This document shows, piece after piece, positions 1 through 11,013 of a stretch of 33,782 bases of DNA (position 1 is its first letter; each line of letters opens with the position of its first letter). The DNA is taken from the NCBI GenBank assembly GCA_002256025.1, contig NKIB01000308.1, forward strand, positions 1-33,782, given 5' to 3'. The notes beneath the pieces are model-generated. The model did not search any database, was not told the DNA's origin, and worked only from the letters and a program-made list of their open reading frames with translations. Origin of the DNA: Asterionella formosa (lineage: Eukaryota). The position numbers were made by a program, and so were the translations under genes.

Positions 1-1026
1 GATACTTGGCGTATTGCTATTCCTACATCATTATTGGATCCTATTATTAATTGGTATCATCAGATGTTAGCTCATGTGGGTATGACAAGATTAAATGCTA
101 CAATTGCTACACATTTTTATCACCCTATATTAAAAACAAGAGTGGAACATATTGTAAGAGTATGTGAAGCATGTCAACGTACAAAATTACCTGGTACTGG
201 TTTTGGTGAACTTCCACCCAGGAATGCATTATTATTACCATGGTCAGAAGTCGCAGTAGATCTAATTGGTCCATGGAAGATAACAGTGGCTGCTCAAACG
301 ATTGAATTTCGTGCTCTAACTTGTATTGACACAGTCACCAATTTAGCAGAAATTTCACGTATCATCAATAAAACATCAGAATATATTGCAATGAAAGTTG
401 AAAATGATTGGTTAGCCAGATATCCCCGTCCAGAACGTTGTATACATGACAATGGAGGTGAAGTTACTGGTGCTCCTTTCTTACAGATGTTATTATTGAA
501 TGGAATCAAAGATGTGACTACCACAGTAAAGAATCCACAAGCAAATGCTATCTGTGAACGTTTCCATCAATCTATCAGCAATAGTCTACGAGTTATGTTA
601 AAGGCTCATCCTCCAATCAATGAATTTCAAGCCCAAAATATTGTCGATACATGTTTTGCAGCTGCGTCATATGCAGCTCGAGCTACTATTCATAGTATAT
701 TACGTATTTCACCAGGAGCATGGGTTTTCCAACGTGATATGATATTAAATATTCCTTTGATTACAGATTTACAATTAATACATCAACGTCGACAGGTGAT
801 AATTGACGAACGTTTACGTCGTGCAAATTTCCGTCGTCGATCTTATGATTACAAAGTGGGTGACGAGATTTTAATATTATTGGATAATCCTACTACTTTG
901 GATGATCGTGGACGAGGTCCTTATACTATTATTCAAGTACATGCCAATGGTACAGTTACTTTTCAACGCACTATGCATATTACCGAACGAATTAATATTC
1001 GTCGTATCAAACCTTTTCATAGGTAA
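1..1026 (+). mobile_element. Ty3/gypsy LTR retrotransposon pol, integrase part (open at window edge)
   Basis: Frame open from base 1. HHCC zinc motif (WYHQMLAH...CEAC), DDE triad (VAVDLIGP / IHDNGGE / AICERFH), C-terminal YKVGD...GPY module. Integrase as the last pol domain indicates gypsy order. Confidence 0.95.
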
Positions 1027-1045
1027 AAGGTTTTCCCTCAAGTGT

Positions 1046-1250
1046 GGGAGAGTGAGCAATCCTGCACATCGATACAGATATATATAGAGTTGGGGTTATG
1101 TCAAATATATCGGAATTCAATAATGAGAGAACTCGACTAACACCCATTCTATACTTTGATGTCAGTTCAGGAAATGAGTTATACATAAGGATTAATTAAT
1201 AAGCTCATATATTCAACAAATACTACTACTTCTAGTTAGATACTTCACCA
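1046..1250 (+). mobile_element. Polypurine tract plus short 3' LTR (~195 bp)
   Basis: GGGAGAG (1046-1052) about 20 nt after the integrase stop, followed by TG at 1053. Candidate CA end at 1247 (TGA...TCA) or 1250. The 5' LTR is outside the window, so the end is unconfirmed. Confidence 0.65.
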
Positions 1251-2317
1251 GGTACCGGTACCAGAACCAGTAGTGTGCTTACCAGTTTGGACAATATACT
1301 GTACCTGGGACCTGGTACTGGTACCGGAAAAGTCCATGCAGTCGGTGCAAATGTACCATACCCATACTTTACATATCTTCGCTTGTCACGCTCGTTACTA
1401 TAGCAGGTACAGTGAAGGTAATTATTAGGAGAAGCGCTTCCCGGCGCGCCACAATTTGTTCTGAGTTGCTTTCATAGATGGAAGTGCAGGAATCAAAGAA
1501 AAGAAGCCGCCAATTTTTGGATAGTGTACCAGTAGGTATTTTAGCCATGTACCCACGCTATGGCTGGATGCAAATTTTGGGGCCACCGGGTAGACCCTGT
1601 AGGCCTAGTGTTGGCATAAACCCTAAACCTACGCTATATAATATTTTGTGCCTGGAAAGGCATGTTATAATCACATCCACCATGTTGTTATTATTCTATT
1701 GCTTTACTCAACAATAGAGCATCTTCCCATGCCGCTTCAAATAGGTTTCTTTCCTCCATGAGTAACGCTACTGCCGGTATTAAACACCGGAAGCAGCACG
1801 AGACAACACATTTTGCTTTTTGTATGAACTATGTTTTGTTGGGCACGGAGATCCATGCCTACAAAACCAATGGTTTCACCCTCTTGAGCTTGATAGTGGG
1901 TAAGCTGGAGTTGAAACTGTACAGGATTGTCTCAAATAAGATCATGTAGAAGTTGCAATGAAGATACACCAACTGCGATTTCACACCCATCGCTGCGCAA
2001 TGGACTTCGATTTCATGTTCTTCATGAATAAATGCAATGACAACAACAACAAGATCGCGGATGCATGTGTACATAAACTTTATAAATATGTATGTTATTT
2101 ATATAGAACATTTTACTTCAGCTAAAATTATGTTGTACTGGTAGCCAGAATTATTTTGTACTGGTAGCTACGATGGCTACCCAATGTAGTTTCATGATGC
2201 ATCCAGCCATACCAGTAGATTTTCCGGTGGCGCACCATTTATCTCAGGGTAGCTAATATAATTTCAACTCGGTAGACTACCCGCCCTTGCATGTAAATTG
2301 CACTGGTATGCAATTTA

Positions 2318-3294
2318 CCACCTAAGAACTAAGAATCAACGTTAGGAAGATTTTGAACTGAGAGTCAACGTTAAATCGAGTAAATTCATGTTTAAGACCA
2401 AATGTGCTAGATACGAACACAATTAGCTATTCAAGCAATGTTGTAGCAATTTATATACTAACCAATAATGATATTGTTTCGAACTTGCCAATTACCAGTA
2501 GCTTGTGTTACTTCCATATTTAGTCCCAAAGGTTGCTGTCAAGGAGAAATGGAATGGAAAAGCTAAATTAATGTTAACTCCATTCAGCTGGAAACACCTT
2601 TCATGCACTCTATGTAAATTGGGACCAGAGAGCATTTCCGTGAATAGATTCATTAAGTGTCCGTATATATTTTTTCTCAAGATAAAATAGAATGCAATGA
2701 CGTCGTTTTGCTTACTCCTCTACCTAAATAGGGAACATCAGCTGAGACCTCTCGGCATGACTAGAACCTGAAACAGTACATACGAGACTTTTTCATGCAT
2801 GAAATCACTACAATCACCTGTGAAATGAGTTGAAACAAGAGGAGTACCCTGGTACCACCGGACAGATGAGAACTTGAGGAAGTGATTGATATACCAGGTC
2901 CAAACGAATTCTTGATGAATAAACTAGTACTGTTATGATGGGCGCTTAAAACCCGGGTAGCTGGTACCGGTAATTAAAGTATCAACAAAAATAACAAAAA
3001 TAGTTTCTGTGGTAACAATCGAATAAAATATATCACGAATTGGGGGTTAAAAAATTTCATGTTTAGATCCAAAAAAAATACTGAAAGACAAAGTTATGAG
3101 TCAAAATGGGTAAAATGAAATAGCTTAGATCTTCATAATGTATGTTCTACTTCTGAACTGATTAAATGATAGCTATCCCCGTTCTATCGACTACAATAAA
3201 GTTCGTACTTTGTTCGAATTTATCACTTAAGAAACTTCGATACATTAAGTCGGAAAAAAGAGTTATTAAACGTTGACTCTCAGTTTTTAGGTGG
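2318..3294. mobile_element. Non-autonomous TIR DNA transposon (MITE-like), TA target duplication, Tc1/mariner type
   Basis: Left TA|CCACCTAAGAACTAAGAATCAACGTT (2316-2343) matches the reverse complement of right AACGTTGACTCTCAGTTTTTAGGTGG|TA (3269-3296) at 25/28. A subterminal copy AACTGAGAGTCAACGTT (2356-2372) is a perfect 17-bp inverse of 3269-3285. No transposase ORF. Confidence 0.75.
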
Positions 3295-5243
3295 TACCAT
3301 GATGGACGTAGTACCTGGTAGCTAGCAGTAACCATGGTTGTTTTACCATAATAAAAGTTTCATTACACATATAAAATCTGCTGCAGCCATCATCACAGTC
3401 TCCAGTAAGTAGTCATTGTTTGGGATTTTTTGTCATTTCAGACAACAATACAAAGCTTGAGCGTCTCTACGTGCTTCCAATGCAGATGGTGTCTCAGGTG
3501 GTTGACGCTCTCTTCTCATCAGCTTGTGATCATAGGAAATTAAGTTTGCGTCAGCCAAGGGAGGATCACCATTCTATTCTGGACCGTTTGACATGCAACC
3601 CTTTATATCCTCACCCCACCACTATTTTCACTCTCAACTTTCTGCGTTGTTAGAGTTTATAAATACATAAGTGGTACCAGCCAATATATGCTTTATTTGT
3701 ATTTCAGTATTTCAATTTTTTTTCATGATGGCAAGCCAGTACTATGAATTTTTCACTATCAAAATGAAAGATATTGATCTATGATCTAAGAATATATATA
3801 TATGTAAATGAATATGAAGAAAAATATGTTCCAGGAGATAGCCAGCCAATGTATACTCTGAGACATTGCAAAAACCTTTTCATGATAAAATTCAACAACA
3901 ATTGTCTCAGCCACTCATACAAATATATCTACTGTAGCAGTACTTTCAATTGACTACTAGTTCAGTTTTCCGCCATGTGCATAGAGGAAGCCTACATGGT
4001 CAGATATAGCTTGCTGGGCTGCTTCAGAATGGCTAACAATTGGAAATAGGCAGCAAAATCTTTTATTCTAAGCTCAGTACATCTGAAATATTCTTCTTTC
4101 AAAAACCCTACCCGGCGCTTCATAGGTTTATTGGAGTGTAAACATGTACATGAACATAGACAAGAACAATGTGCATAATTCATTGCTGAAGTTGAAAACT
4201 CCATTATTAGATTAGTCCTATTTTGTGGATTTAATGTGTTTAAGTGTTTGACAATCATCTGAGTGATGATGAATAAATATTTTTTGTGAAACAGTAGGGT
4301 TTGGTAGGGTAGCAACCTCAGATATTCCTGGCTTACAAGCTAGCAATAGATTTAGCCTCAGTTATATATTTATTCTGGATTGTTATCTTGTAACCTTCTC
4401 AGACTACCCGGCAAGAGATAGAAAGAAGGAATGCCAGTCAGTAGACTAATGCCACTAAAGTGCTCTCCTTAGTACCTTACTGGATTGCTCGACTAAAAGT
4501 GTACTGGGTTTTGTGAAAGCGTAATATATTGGGGAGGGTAGATACTGCTGTAGAACATTTGGTTTCGCTTACCATGTGCAACCACTAGTAGGCAAGTGAT
4601 GAAAGCAAACATAACTTTGCCAGGTGCAGAATGTCCGATTAGTAATAGTCGAAGTATGGAGATGTTGAGGAGGCAGTCAAGCTGCAGAGCGAATTAGGGA
4701 CAATGGTGGTTGTTCGAGAAAGAGGGCATAGCCAGCTAGGTAGCTTCCAACACTCGATAACTTGAGCAACTAACTATGCTGCATCATTACCATATTTGAG
4801 CTACAAGAAGCTGCTAGGGTGAATTTTGTGTTGGTATCACAGGACTACTTGAAGGCAAAAGGAGCCGATCGAATTCCAGACCACAAAACAAAAAAGATCT
4901 TCTTTCCTTGCTGGTAATCTTTCCAGTTGGGACTACGATGGAACGATGTCCCTGGCTCGGTGGTAAGAGTGTTGTTACCTCTCATTCCAAGTTGCAGCGC
5001 TAAAATAACTCAAGTCATAGTTTGCGCCAAAGACGCTCGCAAGTCCTGCAATTGGCAAAGCGCCCACAGAATTTACACCACGGCGGATCCAAAAGAAATC
5101 AATCTTGTGAACGGAAGTGTTTTATTTCGGGTTGTAGACATCAGAACTCCCTTTGTCTCATGTAAATTAGAAGACCAGATCATGAGCATTTAGTCTGCGT
5201 TTAGCGACTTGCGTCAGCCGACATCAAAGTCTCTGTCACAGGT

Positions 5244-5549
5244 TCACTTGGTACTTATTGTATTTCCAGCCGAGGCTCGTCCAATTCGTTCACTTAGTTC
5301 ACAACTCGCAGTTGCTCCATATCTCTCTTTCATAGTTCGATACTTCTTCAGTTGAATAATTCCTTCCATTTCTCTAATATAATATCTTCCCTTGGCAACG
5401 GCCTTGTGAAGGTCCTGTTCCGTCGTTATTGGCTCTGAATGATTCCTCAACGCCAGTTTCCATTTGGCTCGAACATATTCAATTCCCTGAGGATAATTTT
5501 GTCCTACAAGAATGGCTCGTTTGTACAGATCTCGGACAAGTGGGTGCAT
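5244..5549 (-). CDS. ETFRF1: LYR-motif protein, electron transfer flavoprotein regulatory factor 1-like
   Basis: LYK..ILVGQNYPQG...GRYYIREMEGIIQLKKYRTMKERY matches the LYRM5 pattern LYK..L.LGR.YP.G...E.....L.KYR.MK.RY. Confidence 0.85.
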   Translation of the reverse strand: MHPLVRDLYKRAILVGQNYPQGIEYVRAKWKLALRNHSEPITTEQDLHKAVAKGRYYIREMEGIIQLKKYRTMKERYGATASCELSERIGRASAGNTISTK

Positions 5550-6066
5550 AGCTTTGATTGGATTGTTGTCAGGCTATAGGTATAAATAGATGCTCAGCTG
5601 CTGTGTAAAGGCGGAAGTATAGTACCGGTAAGTATATAATAGGTGTGGCATAGACTGGTGGAATACATGACTATAGTAGATCAACGTGTTGTCTGTTATT
5701 AGCTACCGGTATTTTGTTACCGGTACCTGATAGTATAGTATACCAAATTCTTACCGGTATATCGCCAACGACATGTATACAATATTGACAAAAAACGTGT
5801 GGTAACAATGAGTCTGTACATACGTAGTAGGACTGGTATACGGGATACGTTCTATGAGCCGGTATATACAAAGAATAATGATACACCAGGTTCGCCCTGG
5901 ATGGGTTTTTTTGGAACATGCGTCAACGACAGGGCAAAACGAGCGTCACGTTTCTACTACTATTCATTTGTTAACCTGCTTTCTATTTACCATTTGTCCT
6001 TCTGGCCAAGAATAAGTCCACATTCTCACTCTATACCGACTCCCTCCACTGTTTGTTGTGTTGACC

Positions 6067-6657
6067 ATGAAGTTCTACTCCTTGCTATACCTACTAACTA
6101 GCGTTACCGGCTTTTCGTGTTACCAACGACAAGGAGGATCAAGGACAGTCCGAGCTTCCTTGATGAAGGCCCAACTTGGGACTCACGAGGCGTCTCGGCG
6201 CTCGTTTCTTATTGGGGCATCCACCATTTTGGTTGTCACTGCGACTAACAATATACTACCCGCCTTGGCAGATGTGTCTGATGGGAATCAACTTCCTGAC
6301 GGTGCGGCTCAATTTAGTCGACTATTGAATACCAAAAGCAATATAGCCACACTCAAGAAGCGAATCCAAGACAAGGACATTGAATTGAATAAAAAAGAAT
6401 GGGACAATATTGGACAATTCTTGCGTCGTCTTTATCAAGCTTCTGAAGACATGAAGTCTGTTTCCATCAGTATCTATGACCCAGACAAGAAAAAAGCGGC
6501 AGTCGCAACTATGGAACAAGTGAAAAAGTATTCCAAAGCTGGAGAGGCATCTGTCAATGATCAGGATGCCAATGGAATTGTTGTCATTCTTGACAAGGTC
6601 GACGCTATTATTGCGGAGTTTTTGGAATTACTACGTGATATTCCTGATGAAATTTAA
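6067..6657 (+). CDS. Plastid thylakoid-lumen protein, PsbQ-like helical bundle
   Basis: ATG at 6067. Signal peptide ending TG-F, transit region, twin-arginine SRRSFL plus hydrophobic stretch and ALA cleavage site, then a helical mature domain. Confidence 0.7.
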   Translation: MKFYSLLYLLTSVTGFSCYQRQGGSRTVRASLMKAQLGTHEASRRSFLIGASTILVVTATNNILPALADVSDGNQLPDGAAQFSRLLNTKSNIATLKKRIQDKDIELNKKEWDNIGQFLRRLYQASEDMKSVSISIYDPDKKKAAVATMEQVKKYSKAGEASVNDQDANGIVVILDKVDAIIAEFLELLRDIPDEI

Positions 6658-6734
6658 AAACAAACACGAGCTTAACCACCGCTATACTGCGATTCAACTG
6701 ATTTTGCTAAACCGCTATTATTAGTAATATTTAT

Positions 6735-8342
6735 TTACCAGGTACTATTACTTCCATTTCCTATATTGGGAATAACAACAGAAGGATATTCGTTTCTTCT
6801 CTCTCTTAAAAACACTCGATACCGACTCAAAGTTTCGTCAATATTGGTGTACCCACCAGTCAGATGCCTTCCGAATCCAGTACTTTGATCGTAATGGTCC
6901 AGCATGGAAAATTCTCGTCGTCCATGTAACATTCGACGGTTGTTAAACACCAAGACGTCTCCAGGTTCTAGTCGCCGTTCCCATGTGTACTCTTTGGCAT
7001 ACTCATGAAGGTTTTGACAAAGATCAAGTGATAATGCATGTTGACCATGTTCCAACGGGACCTGCGTATCAAGCATCTTTTGAAAGGCACAATAGGCAAC
7101 ATAATAGTCTTCGACCAAATGAGGAGGCACTAGTTGAAGTGGTCCTTCAAAGGGTGGACTCCAATTCACTCCTACAATTTCGTCATTTTGGACAACAATG
7201 TGTGGACGATAGTAGACCATATCTACTCCTTCGCGTTGTTTCACAAACGTGGCTGGACATTTTACCAAAATTTCAAATAAATCCGGACACAACTGTCGAA
7301 ATTCATTTGCTGCTGCCATGGCATCAATCAAAATTGACTCGCCCCCTATAGCATCATTTGATATGCAATGAAGGAGTTGTAATCCAGGTGGAGATTCATA
7401 GTATCCCAAATCAATGTGTGGAGGAAGACTGACATTGGTGTATGCAATGTTGATAGCATCCGGCAAGGACTGCACTTGAAATAAATCTCCGTACAATGCC
7501 CCATGTGAAAGAGTCGATCCCGACAACCATTGTCCAATAGTTCGAACGGAAGCTTCTGGACCAGTGGAAATAGTGGGTGCGTCTGTGACCAAGGCAGCTC
7601 CATTTTGAACAATAGAATGCAATAATTGAAAGATAAATTCAGAATCTTGTGATAGCAAAGAAAACGAAAAATGTTGCATTGGATCTTGATGATTTTGTAT
7701 CTTTGTTATTGCGTTCCGTGTCGTAACTTCGCTCGCCTTTGTTGACAATTCTTTACCATAAACTCGTTCTTGGAGCCAATGAATATTATAATAGGTTTTG
7801 GTGTTTTGGTACTTCCACGTGATTTCTAGTAATGGAACTGTTGATGCATCAGAATTTCCAGGTTCATACACCCCACCAATTGGATGGAGTGATCCTGTCG
7901 GTGGATTAACAACATGGTCCACAGTCCCCGCTGGAACGATCGATACCGACTCAATTGTCGTTCCAGAATACTCCCCTGTCGTTCTAAGACGTTGTCCTGA
8001 CGTGGTATGAATAAAAGCTGGATCATTACTCCACAACCACGGAGCATGAAATAGAGCTGATACTGGGTGGTGATTGTTGTTAAAGGATACAGTAAGTTCC
8101 TTTCCGTTGTCATTGACATGAGCGTTATAGTGCTCAAGTTGACAAGGATCATGGACCACTATGGATGTTGGTGCTGCTGAAAAATATCGAATAGGTCTTT
8201 TCGGAGGAGGCGTGTTGGTAGTAGTCTTGGTGGTACCATGGTGACGACGTGATTGAGTTGCAGGCAAAGGGGCAAGAACTGTTGAAAGCTGAATCTGGTA
8301 ATCACAAAGTAACTTGGTAGTTCGTAGAATCACTGCTCGCAT
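6735..8342 (-). CDS. TauD/TfdA Fe(II)/2-oxoglutarate dioxygenase, gamma-butyrobetaine / trimethyllysine dioxygenase-like
   Basis: AYT...PPHIDLGYYESPPGLQLLHC (HxD), GGESILID, FNNRRMLHGRREF (distal His/Arg). N-terminal GBBH-like FHAPWL...TSGQR region. Basic N-terminus suggests mitochondrial targeting. Confidence 0.9.
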   Translation of the reverse strand: MRAVILRTTKLLCDYQIQLSTVLAPLPATQSRRHHGTTKTTTNTPPPKRPIRYFSAAPTSIVVHDPCQLEHYNAHVNDNGKELTVSFNNNHHPVSALFHAPWLWSNDPAFIHTTSGQRLRTTGEYSGTTIESVSIVPAGTVDHVVNPPTGSLHPIGGVYEPGNSDASTVPLLEITWKYQNTKTYYNIHWLQERVYGKELSTKASEVTTRNAITKIQNHQDPMQHFSFSLLSQDSEFIFQLLHSIVQNGAALVTDAPTISTGPEASVRTIGQWLSGSTLSHGALYGDLFQVQSLPDAINIAYTNVSLPPHIDLGYYESPPGLQLLHCISNDAIGGESILIDAMAAANEFRQLCPDLFEILVKCPATFVKQREGVDMVYYRPHIVVQNDEIVGVNWSPPFEGPLQLVPPHLVEDYYVAYCAFQKMLDTQVPLEHGQHALSLDLCQNLHEYAKEYTWERRLEPGDVLVFNNRRMLHGRREFSMLDHYDQSTGFGRHLTGGYTNIDETLSRYRVFLRERRNEYPSVVIPNIGNGSNSTW

Positions 8343-8923
8343 TTTGTGGTTGCAATTGATGGGATCAATATGGTATTTGCTCTGTATTTGTGGACCTGTT
8401 GATTGCTGCCTCTCTATAGAACGAAGTTTAGCCGCTTGAAGATAAACACCAGAGGGGAAGGCGCAGTCGTTATTGTTGCAACTGATTGATGCCTCTTGTC
8501 GTTCTTTCCTTGGTAGAAACCCACAGAAAAAGTAGGTCTGTGGAATTCATGCAATTTGTGTAATGAAAAATGTGAAAGTAATGATATGATGTGAACGAAT
8601 TGGATGGGAAGCCCCATCATCAAGAAGCAAGAAAGAAAATTAAAATCATGGGCGTCGATGATCCATGGGGTTCGGATAATTTATCAGCGATGTCTCTCTA
8701 CATAGTAATAGAAGTACTTGGTAGACTAACGGTATACCGGTACCTGGTACTGGTACTCGACTGTTGGTGCGTTTCCTCACTCACTCACTCACTCGGTCGT
8801 GTCTGGTCTTGTCTGCCTTCATTTTTTTTATTGTACGAAAAAAAAAGCTTGAAGATTCTTAGTATCACGACAGACATGTTATAATAGGCTTACCGTATTT
8901 GAACTATCGACATTCTGTTACAC

Positions 8924-9781
8924 ATGATGCCGACAACACCCATTACCGCCATTCGTATGGCACCACCAGACAGAAAGACCCTCCAGACGCTCGGAGAACA
9001 CTCGTATGCCATTCCAGATGTCCTCGCGACGAGTCACACGTCGACACCAGCGTTGAAGCTGCTTTTAGCGCCCATAAAGGCTTTAGCAGTTATTATCATC
9101 CTGCCACTCTACACACTTTTCATGGCGGTGGCACCGTCTGCTCTCAAAAACAAATGGCTTTCCTCAATCATTCCGAAACTAATGTACTCCTTAGAACAAA
9201 AAACTTTCAATCAACGAAAATTATTACTTCAACAGGTTTCTGGCAAGGTTCTCGATGTCGGGGCGGGAGGTGGAGCGTATATCCAACATTGCACCAAGGC
9301 ATCATATTATGTGGCATTAGAACCATTGGAGGAATTGCATCCTATACTTAAGAGCAAAGCCCATGATGCAGGGTTTCAAGACTATCAAGTGTCCATTCGT
9401 TCGGATACATTGGAAACGTATGACGAGTTAGCACTAGGGAATGGGACCTTTGATTGGATACTCTTGTCCAATGTACTTTGCAGTGTCCAAAATTTGGAAA
9501 ATGCTCTTGCTAAGGTGCATTGCTTATTAAAACCAGGGGGTCATGTCTACTTTTGTGAACACATTGCAGCTCCACGGGGCACAACCACAAAATGCATTCA
9601 AGATCTTATCAATCCATGGTGGACACTGATATCTGGTGGATGTCACTGCAATAGAGAATCCTTACATGCAATTGAAGGGATGGAATCATGGGACGTAGTG
9701 AGCTGGACTATAAGTGGAATCAAAATCGGTGGTGTACCAATTATCATGGGGTTAGCTCGAAAAGTGGACTCTGGTGTTTAG
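8924..9781 (+). CDS. Class I SAM-dependent methyltransferase (METTL7-like)
   Basis: VLDVGAGGG motif I, FDWILLSNVLCSV, LLKPGGHVYFCEH, GGCHCNR, and an N-terminal hydrophobic anchor. Confidence 0.9.
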   Translation: MMPTTPITAIRMAPPDRKTLQTLGEHSYAIPDVLATSHTSTPALKLLLAPIKALAVIIILPLYTLFMAVAPSALKNKWLSSIIPKLMYSLEQKTFNQRKLLLQQVSGKVLDVGAGGGAYIQHCTKASYYVALEPLEELHPILKSKAHDAGFQDYQVSIRSDTLETYDELALGNGTFDWILLSNVLCSVQNLENALAKVHCLLKPGGHVYFCEHIAAPRGTTTKCIQDLINPWWTLISGGCHCNRESLHAIEGMESWDVVSWTISGIKIGGVPIIMGLARKVDSGV

Positions 9782-10322
9782 TACATCTTGACACAGTCAT
9801 CATTGAATCAAAAATATCTAAATAGAATACCCGGTACATGCAAAGTACCTATATATTCGAGACTATTGCTTTATTTGACATGCGAGGAAGCAGCTTGGTG
9901 CATTGATCAATTGTGATGAGAATGGTGTAATTATAATGATGGTAGTCACAGATTCAGAAAACTCTTAGATCGAGAACTCAACAAACATGTCCCAACTGTG
10001 GCTGCCAAATGCAAAGCATGACATTCACCAACTGTGGTATCTTCAGCAGGTCTCCCAGCAATGCAGCACATTCTTGTATTTTCTTCTCATAAATACGTGG
10101 AACCTTCGCTCAGTTTGGCTACACTCAGGGCAGGAAGTATATCAATTAAGTCAGATTGACTGTCACCTTCACTGACTTACTTCATTTTAACGTATTTAAC
10201 TAATTGGCAGACTTGTCGAATTCAATGCTCATTATTTCTACTTGAGACTTTCACAGCCCACTGAGAATTACTCTGACAGGAATAAAGTGTTATATACATG
10301 ACTGGCAGAACCTGGGATGATC

Positions 10323-11013
10323 TCAGTAGAAACCTGGCCGGCTCTGCCTCTCCCGGTGTGCAGGATAACTGTTACCGTACCCTCCATAATATTGTCCATG
10401 GTCTCTAATTTCAGGATCATGGGGTTCCGGTATTCTGGGAGAACCATGCTGATAATGTCGGTCATCTCCAACCGGTGTCAGGAATGGCATTACCATCATG
10501 TACTGAGGGATAAAGAGTTAAGATGAGTTAGAGTGATAAAATTAGTCCGTGAAACCAACAATCTCCTTCCCAATGCATACACACCTGTTTGCTGTCATGC
10601 TCGTCTCGCCCTACCACAACGCTTTCGTCGCGACGACGAGCACCCAGGCCTTGTTCGGATATGATCCGCTTATTCCTTTCATTTTCTCGGTGAACACGTT
10701 CCAAAACTGAAACAGTGACGTTTATCAGGTCAACTCGATTCATAGCATTGTCAGTTTCTAACTGGCTCGGGTTTCGGCTGGATCCAATAGATGGATCGAT
10801 TTCTTGCAAGAGCTTTGTGAGGTCGTCAAAGCCCTTATTAACCTCGGATCTCCGTTTCTTCTCTCGGTGTCGCTTCCGTTCTGATCGGCTCATTCCAGCT
10901 AGCTCTTCATCGGTAGGATCCTCAATAGCTGTAGCTTTGGGGCGTTTGCCAGCATTGTGACTGCAAGTGCTATCGTCGTCGTTGTTGTTCTGAAATGTCA
11001 CTGTTTGACTCAT
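10323..11013 (-). CDS. bHLH transcription factor, 2 exons (11013-10585, 10502-10323), ~202 aa
   Basis: RKRHREKKRRSEVNKGFDDL...NRVDLI..TV.VL bHLH motif. Intron 10584-10503 (GTGTGT...CTCTAAC...CTCAG) keeps exon 2 in frame to TGA. Confidence 0.85.

Noticed and set aside
3400..5200. Short ORFs 3420-3653, 3992-4315, 4927-5193
   Set aside because: Non-ATG starts, no motifs and no convincing splice path; possibly decayed repeat DNA that I cannot assign.
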